From Candidatus Omnitrophota bacterium (GTDB taxonomy: Bacteria > Omnitrophota > Gorgyraeia > Gygaellales > Profunditerraquicolaceae): a stretch of DNA of 64,000 nt. Positions 18,031 to 27,305 of this stretch are shown piece by piece. The stretch's first letter is position 1. Every line of letters starts with the position of its first letter. The notes under the pieces were generated by a model. That model was not told the origin of the DNA and ran no database searches. It saw only the letters and a program-made list of their open reading frames with translations. The position numbers and the translations under genes are program-made. Location of the stretch: contig VGKG01000001.1 in assembly GCA_016867115.1 (NCBI GenBank), positions 173,403 through 237,402 on the forward strand, written 5' to 3'.

Positions 18031-19084
18031 GCTTTAATCCTATGCGCAAGACCAGGATCTGCATATCTTTCGCCGCATCCTTAAGGTCCGCAATCCTGGC
18101 TGCGTCCTTCTCCGTAGTGACGACTGTCTTTATATTCTTCTTTCGGCTATCCTCAAAGACCTTCTTAAGATCCTCCTGGCTGTAGCAATGATGATCGGGG
18201 AACCTGAAAGACAATCCGGCTGAAACGCCTGCCTTTTTAATCAGTTCTTCGAATGAGCAGGGATCCCCTATCCCCGAGAAGAGAGTCACGGTCTTATCCC
18301 TGAGGGAATCCGGCCCCTGTAATGCGCCGGGGTCCCCAAGCGGATAAAATCCCAAAGGCTGATGCGCGGATTCAAAAATTTGCGCCCCGGGCACAAGCTT
18401 CCGTAAAAATCCTTTCAGCGCTTCGGCTCCTTCCGGAGCAAGATCTACCTTGGTCAGGACAAAGATATCTGCGCGTTTCAGCGAAGAAAGCGGCTCGCGC
18501 AGGATCCCCCGCGGCAGCATATGCCGGTTGCCAAAGGGATTTGCGGCATCAATAATGACTATCTCCAGGTCCTTCTTTATCCGCCATTGCTGAAACCCGT
18601 CGTCAAGGATCACCGTATCGCAGGTAAAATCATCGAGTGCTCTTTTAGCTGCGCGGGACCTGTCGCTATCCACGATCACCGGGATATCTTTTAATTTCTG
18701 CTGCAGCATATATGGTTCATCTCCCATCTCTTCACTGGTGACCTTGTGACCTGGTCCCCCCGGGGGAGGCTTCGCTTCGCTTCGCGCTGACCTGATGACT
18801 TTTCTTTTATAGCCGCGGGTCAATATCGCTACGCGTTTGCCTTGGCTCTTAAGATAGCGGGCGATGTATTCTACCAGAACCGTCTTTCCCGTGCCTCCTA
18901 GGGTGATATTTCCCGCGCTGATCACCTTACAGGGGAGGCGCCCGGCAAAGAGACGGTTCAGAAAGATCAATACCCTGACCATCAGGCCATAAACCAGAGA
19001 GAGCAGGAAGAGAAAAAATCTGGCAATACCCGCCGGCACGCCACAGGGCCTGTCAGTAGCTAACCTATAAAGATAATCCTTCAT
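17978..19084 (-). CDS. lpxK: Tetraacyldisaccharide 4'-kinase.
   Basis: 368 aa. P-loop (LGGTGKT) in an LpxK-like context. Contains a low-complexity insert (SARSEAKPPPGGPGHKVTSEE). Confidence 0.85.
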   Translation of the reverse strand: MKDYLYRLATDRPCGVPAGIARFFLFLLSLVYGLMVRVLIFLNRLFAGRLPCKVISAGNITLGGTGKTVLVEYIARYLKSQGKRVAILTRGYKRKVIRSARSEAKPPPGGPGHKVTSEEMGDEPYMLQQKLKDIPVIVDSDRSRAAKRALDDFTCDTVILDDGFQQWRIKKDLEIVIIDAANPFGNRHMLPRGILREPLSSLKRADIFVLTKVDLAPEGAEALKGFLRKLVPGAQIFESAHQPLGFYPLGDPGALQGPDSLRDKTVTLFSGIGDPCSFEELIKKAGVSAGLSFRFPDHHCYSQEDLKKVFEDSRKKNIKTVVTTEKDAARIADLKDAAKDMQILVLRIGLKLEEEEKFDERLLGVYSL

Positions 19085-19097
19085 GCTTTTAGAGGGA

Positions 19098-19370
19098 TTA
19101 AAGCAGATTAAAAAGCATCGAGATGCCGATGATGATAAAGAGGCCGGCGCCGAGGTAACGGATGAACAGGGGGCTGATGAATCTGGCCAGCAGCGCGCCG
19201 ATAAGGACCGAAATAATAGTCACCAGCATATAGGCCAGCACCGAACCCAGCCACACCGTAAGCGGCTTTCCTGACTTTGCCGCCATGCCGATGCCGACTA
19301 ACTGCGTCTTATCCGCTAATTCCGCCATGAAAACCGCGCTAAAAGTAGCAAAAAGTACCTTGCCGTCCAT
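19098..19370 (-). CDS. UPF0016 (GDT1/TMEM165-like) family membrane protein, single-repeat form.
   Basis: E-x-x-D-K-T motif (MAELADKTQL) within hydrophobic helices. I set the start at MDGKV (19370), which has a GGAGG site 7 nt upstream. The ORF-track start at 19466 would add a non-hydrophobic 32-residue extension. Confidence 0.7.
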   Translation of the reverse strand: MDGKVLFATFSAVFMAELADKTQLVGIGMAAKSGKPLTVWLGSVLAYMLVTIISVLIGALLARFISPLFIRYLGAGLFIIIGISMLFNLL

Positions 19371-19583
19371 CAAAACCTCCTGGCATGATATTAAGGGATT
19401 CACCGTGCCATATCGCACCTTGGCAAAAATGTGGCCAAGTACGCCCTTTCTGGGCTGGATTGGCAAGTGCGCGCTTTCTGCGCAGAAACCTTATTATATT
19501 ACCATAAGGTGAAAGCTTGGGCAACAGGTTTTTTGGCTAATCTCAGGCAAAAAAGTCCTTAAATTGCAGATAGATACGCAATT
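19371..19583 (-). promoter_or_regulatory. Long structured 5' leader / promoter region upstream of the UPF0016 membrane-protein gene.
   Basis: A 213-nt non-coding gap holding several perfect short hairpins on the minus strand (UUCUGCGCAGAA, CUUGGC-N9-GCCAAG, GUGC-N6-GCAC). GGAGG lies 7 nt before the ATG. Confidence 0.25.
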
Positions 19584-20264
19584 TCAGCAGCCCGTAGGCA
19601 GGCGGCAGGAGCGCTCCACGATCGCGGTGATCTGGGATAATTCATCCAGCACGATATCCGCGGCCTTAAGGTACTCTTTGGGAAGGCTGGTGGTGACAGC
19701 AATGCAGGTCATGCCCGCGCTTTTGGCTGAGGCAATACCAAAGGGCGCGTTCTCTATTACTACGCATTCCGAAGGGCTGACCCCCAGGATCCGGGCTGCC
19801 TTAAGATAAGGCTCGGGGTGAGGCTTACCCTTCTTAACTTCGTTACCTGCTACGATCCCGTCAAAGAGCATGCGGATCTTTGAGGAAAGGATCCATCTTA
19901 ATTCGGTATCCGGGGTCCCGGTGACCAGGCCCACGGAATATCCTTTTTGCCTGAGGCAGTTGATGATCTCGGGGGCACCCCTGAAGATGTAGCGCTTGAA
20001 GTTTTTCCTGAAGATCCTCTGGCGGTCCTGAAAGATCTTCTTAAGCAGGGGCTTTGTGGGGATAATCCGGTAACGCGTAAGGAGGCTTTTTAAGGTCTTC
20101 TCCCAGCGCTCCCCCTCCTTGGAATAGACATCGAAACAGTTCACCCTGACTCCCCAGGGCCTGAGGGCCTCATACCAGGCGAGGAAATGATACGGCATAG
20201 AATCCACGATCACCCCGTCCATATCAAAGATGATTGCCTTGGGTTTATTTTTTAGTTTACTCAT
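19584..20264 (-). CDS. HAD-superfamily hydrolase (beta-phosphoglucomutase-like subfamily IA).
   Basis: HAD motif I (IIFDMDGVIVDS) plus downstream HAD motifs. I moved the start to MSKLKNK at 20264. Confidence 0.75.
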   Translation of the reverse strand: MSKLKNKPKAIIFDMDGVIVDSMPYHFLAWYEALRPWGVRVNCFDVYSKEGERWEKTLKSLLTRYRIIPTKPLLKKIFQDRQRIFRKNFKRYIFRGAPEIINCLRQKGYSVGLVTGTPDTELRWILSSKIRMLFDGIVAGNEVKKGKPHPEPYLKAARILGVSPSECVVIENAPFGIASAKSAGMTCIAVTTSLPKEYLKAADIVLDELSQITAIVERSCRLPTGC

Positions 20265-20271
20265 CTTGAGG

Positions 20272-20997
20272 TCAGTCCGAATCCGTGGAGAGGAAGGAGA
20301 GGTTCCTGTCGATGAACTCAAGTATCTTCTGTTGTACCACCGTCGCAATATTGATGAACTCAACCCCCATGCCGGGGTGGAAATGCGGCTGGATCTGCTT
20401 ATCCGGAAGCCAGACCACCCGCGCCTCCACTTCGAAATCTTCCTGTTTAGGGGGCAGTTTTATCTTCATGACCACTTCATCGCCCAGCTTGAACTTATCG
20501 CAGCCGAAGAGAAAGGCGCCGATCGCGCTTAGATTAAGCATCTCTACCTTAAAGCATACCGGAGTCCTTGAGAACTTCGGCCTGACCTCGACCTTGATAT
20601 CCACGCTCAGGCGCCGGAAGCGGCGGCGCATCTGCATGCGCTTGATGTTCTCGATGACCTTGTCCTCCTTGAAGCTGTTTATGGCATGGTCTTCGTGGGC
20701 GTAGATCTCGATCACCCGGTCAAGGCCTGCGACCGAAAAGACGCCCCGTAAATGCGCCGGGATATTCACGAACTTCATCCTGCCTTTGTTATTGAGCACC
20801 TCTTTGTAGGCGATGACGATCACCGAGACTCCCATGTAATCGATGAAATCCACCTCCTCGAAATTAGAGAGGATATCCAGGTACCCGTCGCGCACGCACT
20901 GGCCCACCACCTCCACGAAACTGGCGGAATCTATGTCAATGTGGCCGGCCAAGTCCAGGATGATCACGCCTTCTTTCTGCCTTGCCCGGATCTCCAT
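20272..20997 (-). CDS. STAS (anti-sigma-factor-antagonist-like) domain fused to a PilZ c-di-GMP-binding domain.
   Basis: 241 aa. The N-terminal ~110 aa are SpoIIAA/STAS-like. The C-terminal domain carries the PilZ motifs RRxRR (RRRFRRL) and NxSxxG (NLSAIG). Confidence 0.6.
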   Translation of the reverse strand: MEIRARQKEGVIILDLAGHIDIDSASFVEVVGQCVRDGYLDILSNFEEVDFIDYMGVSVIVIAYKEVLNNKGRMKFVNIPAHLRGVFSVAGLDRVIEIYAHEDHAINSFKEDKVIENIKRMQMRRRFRRLSVDIKVEVRPKFSRTPVCFKVEMLNLSAIGAFLFGCDKFKLGDEVVMKIKLPPKQEDFEVEARVVWLPDKQIQPHFHPGMGVEFINIATVVQQKILEFIDRNLSFLSTDSD

Positions 20998-21031
20998 GAC
21001 TCATCTCCTTAATTAAATATTACCACAGCCG

Positions 21032-22309
21032 CTAAGAGAAGGCAATGTTTTCGATATGCTCTAAGGTACTGCGGGTTGCGCCTTCGTTTTCAAGGATCAG
21101 GCGCTTCGCAGCCCGGCCAAGTTCCAGCATCTGCTCCGGGTGTTTAAGCAGGTCGCGGATCGCAACTTCCAGCTCCTTTGCGCCGTTGATCCTGATGGCA
21201 GCGTTATTGTTCAGGAAGAGCTCGGCGATGTCGCGGAAATTAGCCATGTGCGGGCCGAAGACCACCGGCTTTGCCAGAGAGGCAGGCTCAAGGATATTGT
21301 GCCCGCCTTTTTTGACCAGAGACCCGCCCATAAAGACGATATCCGAGACGGAAAAAAATAAAAATAGGTGCCCTATGGTATCCAAAATAAAGACAATATC
21401 CTGCCCTGCCTGAGTAATGATCTTCTTCTCAAGCAGGGAGCTAATCCTGTGCGGAGTAAAACCTGCACGCCTGATCAGCCTTTCTATTTCGGGTGCGCGT
21501 TCCGGATGCCGCGGGGCAATGATCAGCCGCAAGAAACCGAAATCCTGCGACAGGGCCTTGTATGCGCTTAAGACCCGGGACTCCTCGCCCCTGTGGGTGG
21601 AACCGGCGATCAGGATTTTTTCTTCCGGCATCAGACCGAGCCTGGATTTATATACGGAGTAATCCTTTTTGGTATCCAGGTTCTTTACCGCATCGAACTT
21701 CATATTCCCGGTGACCTTCACTTTCTGCGCGCTTACGCCCAGGCGCATTAATCTATCGGCATCGCGTCCGGTCTGCACCAGGAAAAGATCCACTTTTTCC
21801 AGGACCGGCTTTAGTAAAAACTTAACCGCCCGATAACCCTTAAATGAGCTGTCCGAGATCCTGCCGTTGACTAAGACTATCGGTATGCCTTTGCGGTTAA
21901 GCGCAGTAATCAGATTCGGCCAGAGTTCAGTCTCGACGATAATAAATAATGCCGGGTCTATTTTTTTGATCACGCGCCCGGTGATGAATGAAAAATCCAG
22001 GGGCAGATAGGTGACAAAATCGCCTCCTGCGGCATAGCTACGCACGATCTTATTGCCGGTAGGGGTAACGGTTGAGATGACGAACTTTTTCTTGGGAAAG
22101 GCCTTATGGAGGTCTGCGATCAATCCTTTCGCAGTCAGGGCTTCTCCGACGCTTACGGCATGTATCCAGACCGGTTTTTTCAGAGAAAGATTTTTAGGCG
22201 GGAACCCTAAGCGCTGCCGGAAGCCGGAATGGAACTTGCCGCGCAACAGGTATGCAGGCAGATAAAATACCGCGATCAGCAGAAAAATAAGGTCGTAGAT
22301 CAATCGCAT
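21032..22309 (-). CDS. waaA: 3-deoxy-D-manno-octulosonic acid (Kdo) transferase.
   Basis: 425 aa. An N-terminal membrane anchor followed by KdtA/WaaA-family sequence. Confidence 0.9.
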   Translation of the reverse strand: MRLIYDLIFLLIAVFYLPAYLLRGKFHSGFRQRLGFPPKNLSLKKPVWIHAVSVGEALTAKGLIADLHKAFPKKKFVISTVTPTGNKIVRSYAAGGDFVTYLPLDFSFITGRVIKKIDPALFIIVETELWPNLITALNRKGIPIVLVNGRISDSSFKGYRAVKFLLKPVLEKVDLFLVQTGRDADRLMRLGVSAQKVKVTGNMKFDAVKNLDTKKDYSVYKSRLGLMPEEKILIAGSTHRGEESRVLSAYKALSQDFGFLRLIIAPRHPERAPEIERLIRRAGFTPHRISSLLEKKIITQAGQDIVFILDTIGHLFLFFSVSDIVFMGGSLVKKGGHNILEPASLAKPVVFGPHMANFRDIAELFLNNNAAIRINGAKELEVAIRDLLKHPEQMLELGRAAKRLILENEGATRSTLEHIENIAFS

Positions 22310-22323
22310 ACTATCCTCTCCTC

Positions 22324-23244
22324 TTAAGCATGCGGATGCGCTTTATCGTATACGCTCTTCAGCTTGTCCGTTGTCAGATGCGTATAGATCTGGGTGGTAG
22401 AGAGATTCGCATGTCCCAGAAGCTCCTGCACCGTGCGCAGGTCAGCCCCGCGGTTCAACAGGTGCGTGGCAAAGGAGTGCCGCAGCGTATGCGGGGAGAC
22501 CCCCTGTTTTATCCCGGCTTTTTTTATGTATTTTAAGACGATGCCGCGCACGCCTCTGGTGGTGATACGCCTGCCGTTCTTGTTCAGGAATATTGCCTCT
22601 TGAGTACTCTTTCTCTTATCCAGATATTTGCGGATAGCTGCGGAGGCGATGTCTCCTACCGGGACCACGCGCTCTTTTTTGCCCTTTCCCATGACCTTGG
22701 CGATCCCGCCGATAAGGTCCAGGTCCGGGACATTAAGCCCCACCAGCTCCGAGATACGCATGCCCGTGGAATAAAAGGTCTCTAAAATCGCCCGGTCGCG
22801 CAGGGACATCAGGTCTTTTTCATCCTTAGGCAGGGCGGAAGAGATGAGTTTTATGACCTCATCTTCGGTCATGAATGCGGGAAGGTGCTTGTCCAGCTTC
22901 GGGCTTGAGAGCATAAGGATGGGATTGGTCTTCAGATACCCGTCGCGGGCAAGGAAACGGAAAAAGGAGCGCAGCGCCGAGAGCCTGCGGTTGATGGTGC
23001 GCGGGCCCAGGGACTTTTCTTTAAGCACTGCCAGGTATTTTCTTAAAGAGAGGTAATCGACTTTCTCTAGTTCTGTCCCGGCGAGGAATTTATTGAAGTC
23101 TTCGAGGTCTAATTTGTAATTTAATATGGTGTGAGATGAGTAATTCTTTTCGATTTCCAGGTATCGGATAAACTTCTCGATATATTTTTCCACGCGGAGC
23201 CCCTCGGTCTTTAGGCCGAGGCTCCCTCCCTGAAGCAAAATCAT
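22324..23244 (-). CDS. xerC: Tyrosine site-specific recombinase XerC/XerD.
   Basis: 306 aa. Carries the phage-integrase catalytic motifs (R...HTLRHSFATHLL...GH..L..TQIYTH). Lies in the dprA-topA-xerC arrangement. Confidence 0.85.
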   Translation of the reverse strand: MILLQGGSLGLKTEGLRVEKYIEKFIRYLEIEKNYSSHTILNYKLDLEDFNKFLAGTELEKVDYLSLRKYLAVLKEKSLGPRTINRRLSALRSFFRFLARDGYLKTNPILMLSSPKLDKHLPAFMTEDEVIKLISSALPKDEKDLMSLRDRAILETFYSTGMRISELVGLNVPDLDLIGGIAKVMGKGKKERVVPVGDIASAAIRKYLDKRKSTQEAIFLNKNGRRITTRGVRGIVLKYIKKAGIKQGVSPHTLRHSFATHLLNRGADLRTVQELLGHANLSTTQIYTHLTTDKLKSVYDKAHPHA

Positions 23245-23295
23245 ATTCCGCGATTTCTTTCCCCGGACTGAAATCCGAGGATTTTGCGGAAGGGG

Positions 23296-25269
23296 TTACT
23301 CCTCAGATTTTTCCTGCGGCAGATTCCTGGAAGTGAACCTGCACTTGGGAAAGTTTGAGCAGCCGTAAAAGAAACCCCTCTTGGAGCGGCGCTCGATCAG
23401 TTCCCCGCCGCAGCCTGCTTCGGGGCATTTTACCCCCGAGGTGATGGATTTAGAGTTCTTGCACTTGGGATACCCGGAACAGCTTAAGAACTTGCCGCGC
23501 CTGCCCCATTTGACCACCATCGGCAGGCCGCATTTATCGCAGACTTCTGAAGTGGTGACCACTTCCTTCTTGATGTTCGCCTGCGCAAAGTCAAGGCTCG
23601 CCTTAAAAGGCGCGTAAAACTCTTCCAGGACTTTCAGCCGGTTCAGCCGGCCTTCTTCTATTTCGTCCAGCTCCTCCTCCATGAGCGCTGTGAACTTCAG
23701 ATCCATGATCCTGGGGAAATATTCAAGGAGCAGGTCGCAGACCTTAAAGCCCAGTTCCGTCGGCTGAAAATATCCCTTTATCCTGCGCGCGTAATCACGC
23801 TGGATGAGCGTCTGGATGATCGGCGCGTAAGTAGAAGGCCGGCCGATGCCCTCCTCTTCCAGCGCCTTGACCAGGGAACTGTCTGAGTAGCGCGCAGGAG
23901 GCTTGGTGAAATGCTGGGAAGGGGTAAGGCTGGCCAGCTTAAGCAGCTCGTCCTTCTCAAGGGCCGGGATGACGTTCTTTTCTTTATCGTCGTTGTTACG
24001 GTTATAGACCTTCATAAAACCTTCGAAGATAAGCTTGCTGCCGGAAGCGCCGAAGCGATATTTTCCCGCGGCGATATCTACCGAAGTGCTCAGATAACGC
24101 GCAGGGGCCATCTGGCTGGCGATAAAACGGTTATAGATCAGCTCGTAAAGTTTATACTGCTCGGGGCTTAAGAAGCCTTTAAGGTTGGCAGGGTCATAAC
24201 TTACAAAGGTGGGGCGGATCGCCTCATGTGCCTCCTGGGCGAGCTTCTTTACCTTGTAGACATTGGGCGCATCGGGCAGATATTCCTTGCCGAAGGCGTG
24301 ACGGATGTGGCCGCGGAGCTCCTCGATAGCTTCGGGTGCGGCGCGCGGCGAATCCGTGCGCATGTAGGTGATAAGGCCGACGGGAGAGCTCTTGCCGATA
24401 TCTATGCCTTCATAGAGCTGCTGGGCTACGATCATGGTCTTGGTGGCGTTGAACTTCAACTTATTGAACGCCTCCTGCTGCAGGGTGCTGGTGATAAAGG
24501 GCGCCTCGGCAGAACGCTTCTTCTCGCCAGCCTTTACCTCAAGGACCTTGAACTCCTGGCCCCTTATATCCGCAGCCAGCGCCTCCGCTTCTTCCTTATT
24601 TTGTATCTGGGCCTTCTTATCTTCTATTTTTTCCAGTTTTGCGCTGAAGGGCTCTGCGTCTTTCTCCTCTGCCTTGCAAAGCTTGGCCTCAATCTCCCAG
24701 TATTCATGCGCGATGAACTTCTGAATCTCCCTTTCCCTGTCCGTGATCAGGCGCAGGGCCACTGACTGGACTCTTCCCGCAGAGAGCCCCCGGGCGATCT
24801 TTTTCCAGAGTAACGGGCTTAAAAAATACCCTACCAGCCTGTCCAGTATCCGGCGGCCTGCCTGCGCCTCGACCATTTTCGGGTCAAACTCCCGCGGACT
24901 CTTAAAAGCGCCGCTCACCGCCTGGGGAGTAATCTCATGGAAGACGACGCGCAAGACCTTTTTTCCTTTAAAGATCCTCTCCCTGATCTGCCAGCCGATC
25001 GCTTCGCCCTCGCGGTCAGGGTCAGTGGCGATGTAAATGGTATCTTTGTCCTTGCCCTCTTTCTTCAGGCTGGTCATGACCTTCTGCCTTCCCTGGATCA
25101 CCGTATATTCCGGCTCAAAACCCTTCTCTACATCCACGCCCAGGTCCTTTTTCGGAAGGTCGATCACATGGCCCATGGAAGAGACCACCTTGAAATTATC
25201 GCCCAGGATCTTGCCGATGGTCTTGGCTTTGGTAGGTGATTCGACTATTACCAGACTCTTATCCTTCAT
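23296..25269 (-). CDS. topA: DNA topoisomerase I.
   Basis: 657 aa. A Toprim domain (VIVESPTKAKTI) and a type IA core, with two C-terminal Cys4 zinc ribbons. Confidence 0.95.
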   Translation of the reverse strand: MKDKSLVIVESPTKAKTIGKILGDNFKVVSSMGHVIDLPKKDLGVDVEKGFEPEYTVIQGRQKVMTSLKKEGKDKDTIYIATDPDREGEAIGWQIRERIFKGKKVLRVVFHEITPQAVSGAFKSPREFDPKMVEAQAGRRILDRLVGYFLSPLLWKKIARGLSAGRVQSVALRLITDREREIQKFIAHEYWEIEAKLCKAEEKDAEPFSAKLEKIEDKKAQIQNKEEAEALAADIRGQEFKVLEVKAGEKKRSAEAPFITSTLQQEAFNKLKFNATKTMIVAQQLYEGIDIGKSSPVGLITYMRTDSPRAAPEAIEELRGHIRHAFGKEYLPDAPNVYKVKKLAQEAHEAIRPTFVSYDPANLKGFLSPEQYKLYELIYNRFIASQMAPARYLSTSVDIAAGKYRFGASGSKLIFEGFMKVYNRNNDDKEKNVIPALEKDELLKLASLTPSQHFTKPPARYSDSSLVKALEEEGIGRPSTYAPIIQTLIQRDYARRIKGYFQPTELGFKVCDLLLEYFPRIMDLKFTALMEEELDEIEEGRLNRLKVLEEFYAPFKASLDFAQANIKKEVVTTSEVCDKCGLPMVVKWGRRGKFLSCSGYPKCKNSKSITSGVKCPEAGCGGELIERRSKRGFFYGCSNFPKCRFTSRNLPQEKSEE

Positions 25270-25298
25270 ATGGAACAGGCCCCCCCTGATCTTCGCTC

Positions 25299-26363
25299 TT
25301 AAAGCCTTGTAAACTGTTTTCCCGGCAACTGTCTTACCAGGCGTTTTATCTGCAGTCTTAAAAGTATATCAGAAATCTCCGGGATTTCCAGGTTTGTTTT
25401 TTCCGCCAGCTCATCCAGATGAACGGGTTCCTTAACGATCCTGGCCAGGATCAGGCGTTCGCGCCGGTCAATGGCTTCTTTTTCCGGCGGGACCGGCTGC
25501 GGCAGGAGCTCTTCGGTGATATCCTCTATGCGGGACACAAGTTTTGCGCCCTGTTTGATCAGGCCGTTTGCGCCGAAAGAGGTCGGGGAATCTACCTTTC
25601 CCGGCAGGGCAAAGACTTCCCTGCCCTGCTCCAGGGCGAAATCTGCGGTGATCAGGGCGCCGCTGTTCCTGGCTGCCTCGACCACCAGGATTCCGAGGCT
25701 GAGGCCGCTGATGACGCGGTTACGCCTGGGAAAATTGCTTTTAAGGGGCGCTGTATCCAGAGGAAACTCCGAGATCACCGCGCCGCTACGGCTAATCTCT
25801 TCTGCGAGTTTACCGTTCTCCGGAGGGTAAATCCTGCGCAAGCCACTGCCGATCACGGCGACGGTGCGCCCGCCTGCTTTTAGGGCTCCGCGGTGCGCAC
25901 AGGTGTCAATGCCGCGCGCCATGCCGGAGATGACCGTGTAGCCTTCATGAGCCAATTCAGAGGCGAATATTTCGGCATTACCCAATCCGTAGAAGCTGGC
26001 GCGCCGGGAACCGACAATACCTATGCTCAGGTTGTCTTCAGGGCCCAAACTTCCCATTACATAGAGTACGATCGGTGGATCCGGAATAACGGCAAGGTTC
26101 CTGGGGTATGCTTCATCGCCCAGGGCAATAATCTTAAGCCCCAGTTTACGCGCCGCCTTTAACTCCCTATCCGCATCCTCTTTTTTTAAAGCGCATATCT
26201 TTGCCGCGATCTTTGCGCCGATCCCTTGGACTTGCAACAATTTATCCCGCGGGGCAGCTAAGATGTTTTGCGGTTTGCCGAAGACTTCTAAGAGCCGCTT
26301 CAGGCGGATGCCTGCGATGTCCAGGGTCAGGTTTAAACTTACTAAAGCCTCAAGTTCCGTCAT
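25299..26363 (-). CDS. dprA: DNA processing protein A (Smf/DprA).
   Basis: 354 aa. Rossmann-like DprA core (GIVGSRRAS...GMARGID) with a C-terminal winged-helix region. Confidence 0.9.
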   Translation of the reverse strand: MTELEALVSLNLTLDIAGIRLKRLLEVFGKPQNILAAPRDKLLQVQGIGAKIAAKICALKKEDADRELKAARKLGLKIIALGDEAYPRNLAVIPDPPIVLYVMGSLGPEDNLSIGIVGSRRASFYGLGNAEIFASELAHEGYTVISGMARGIDTCAHRGALKAGGRTVAVIGSGLRRIYPPENGKLAEEISRSGAVISEFPLDTAPLKSNFPRRNRVISGLSLGILVVEAARNSGALITADFALEQGREVFALPGKVDSPTSFGANGLIKQGAKLVSRIEDITEELLPQPVPPEKEAIDRRERLILARIVKEPVHLDELAEKTNLEIPEISDILLRLQIKRLVRQLPGKQFTRL

Positions 26364-26896
26364 CTTTTTTTCTTTGCCGGCGGCTTCTTATCTATCAGCT
26401 TGATGATCTTCTCCGCCACCTGCTCCACCGAAAGCTTAGTGGTATCGATGGTCTTATGCGCCTGGGCATAATAGGGCGCGCGCAGTTTCAGCAGGAGGTC
26501 TATCTGCCTCTTTGGGTCAGGGACATTTAAAAGCGGCCGGTGCGTATAGCGGCTGGTCCGCCCCAGTATCGCCTCGGGGGTTGCGCTCAGGCAGATCATC
26601 GCCCCCGTCTCCTTCATGATCCGGATATTGTCCGCATCCAGCACTATGCCGCCGCCGCAGGCGACCACGAACTTCTTCTGCAGGGAGACTTCTTTCAATG
26701 TCCTCTTCTCCAGGCGCCGGAAATATGGCTCGCCGCTCTTGGCGAAGATCTCGGGGATCGGCCTCTTCTCTTTCAGCTCGATCAATTCGTCAAGGTCGAC
26801 AAACTGCCACTTTTTTCTTCTGGCGAGCTCCCTGGCCGCCGCGGATTTTCCGGTGCCCATGAAACCTACGAGGTAAATGTTATTTAGTTTTTTCAT
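26360..26896 (-). CDS. aroK: Shikimate kinase.
   Basis: 178 aa. P-loop (GFMGTGKS) in an AroK-sized protein. A possible aroK-aroC association, interrupted by spoVG and a hypothetical gene. Confidence 0.9.
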   Translation of the reverse strand: MKKLNNIYLVGFMGTGKSAAARELARRKKWQFVDLDELIELKEKRPIPEIFAKSGEPYFRRLEKRTLKEVSLQKKFVVACGGGIVLDADNIRIMKETGAMICLSATPEAILGRTSRYTHRPLLNVPDPKRQIDLLLKLRAPYYAQAHKTIDTTKLSVEQVAEKIIKLIDKKPPAKKKR

Positions 26897-26906
26897 TTTA
26901 ATTATT

Positions 26907-26984
26907 CAGGGACACCCTCACGATTGTCTCAGAGGGCGTCCCTCAGCGGGGACGCCGTCAGTTTTGACTGGGAGGGCGTCCCTG
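26907..26984. repeat. Two tandem palindromic elements of the same family (CAGGGACACCCTC...GAGGGCGTCCCT and GGGGACGCC...GGGCGTCCC), immediately upstream of aroK.
   Basis: Read directly from the sequence. The second hairpin is followed by a TTTTTATT run on the plus strand. Confidence 0.6.
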
Positions 26985-26987
26985 TTT

Positions 26988-27254
26988 TTATTCCTGGTAC
27001 GCGGCCAGCACTATTTCCGAGAGATTCTGGCGTGCTTCCTTGGTCAGGGGCAAAAAGGTATCATACCATTTCCCGTCTTTTGACTTTTCCTGAGGCATGG
27101 AAAGGAATAACCCGTCCTTGCCCTGCACCAAGCGAAGGCCTTTTACGATAAAATCGCCGATAGCGACATCGCAAAAGGCCTTGACCTTGGAATCTCCCTC
27201 ATAGCGGTAGAGCCGCACTACTTTTAACTCTGTGTCCTTCTCCATCTTAATCAC
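26988..27254 (-). CDS. spoVG: SpoVG-family protein.
   Basis: 88 aa. LKVVRLYRYEGDSKVKAFCDVAIGDFIVKGLRLVQGKDGLFLSMP matches the SpoVG consensus. Confidence 0.75.
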   Translation of the reverse strand: MIKMEKDTELKVVRLYRYEGDSKVKAFCDVAIGDFIVKGLRLVQGKDGLFLSMPQEKSKDGKWYDTFLPLTKEARQNLSEIVLAAYQE

Positions 27255-27305
27255 CTCCTTCTATTATAACTGATACAAAGGAGGCGATTATCTAACAGGA
27301 AATTT

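Noticed and set aside
19098-19466. The longer 122-aa form of the UPF0016 ORF and the overlapping ORF 19339..19524.
   Set aside because: The N-terminal extension is hydrophilic and not conserved. A GGAGG site precedes the internal MDGKV start, so I prefer the 91-aa single-repeat form. ORF 19339..19524 is Arg-rich, overlaps the preferred start region and has no support.
19371-19583. yybP-ykoY manganese riboswitch upstream of the UPF0016 gene.
   Set aside because: The context fits, but I could not find the conserved GGGGAGUA-type core in the minus-strand transcript. I kept it only as a low-confidence structured leader; see the finding.
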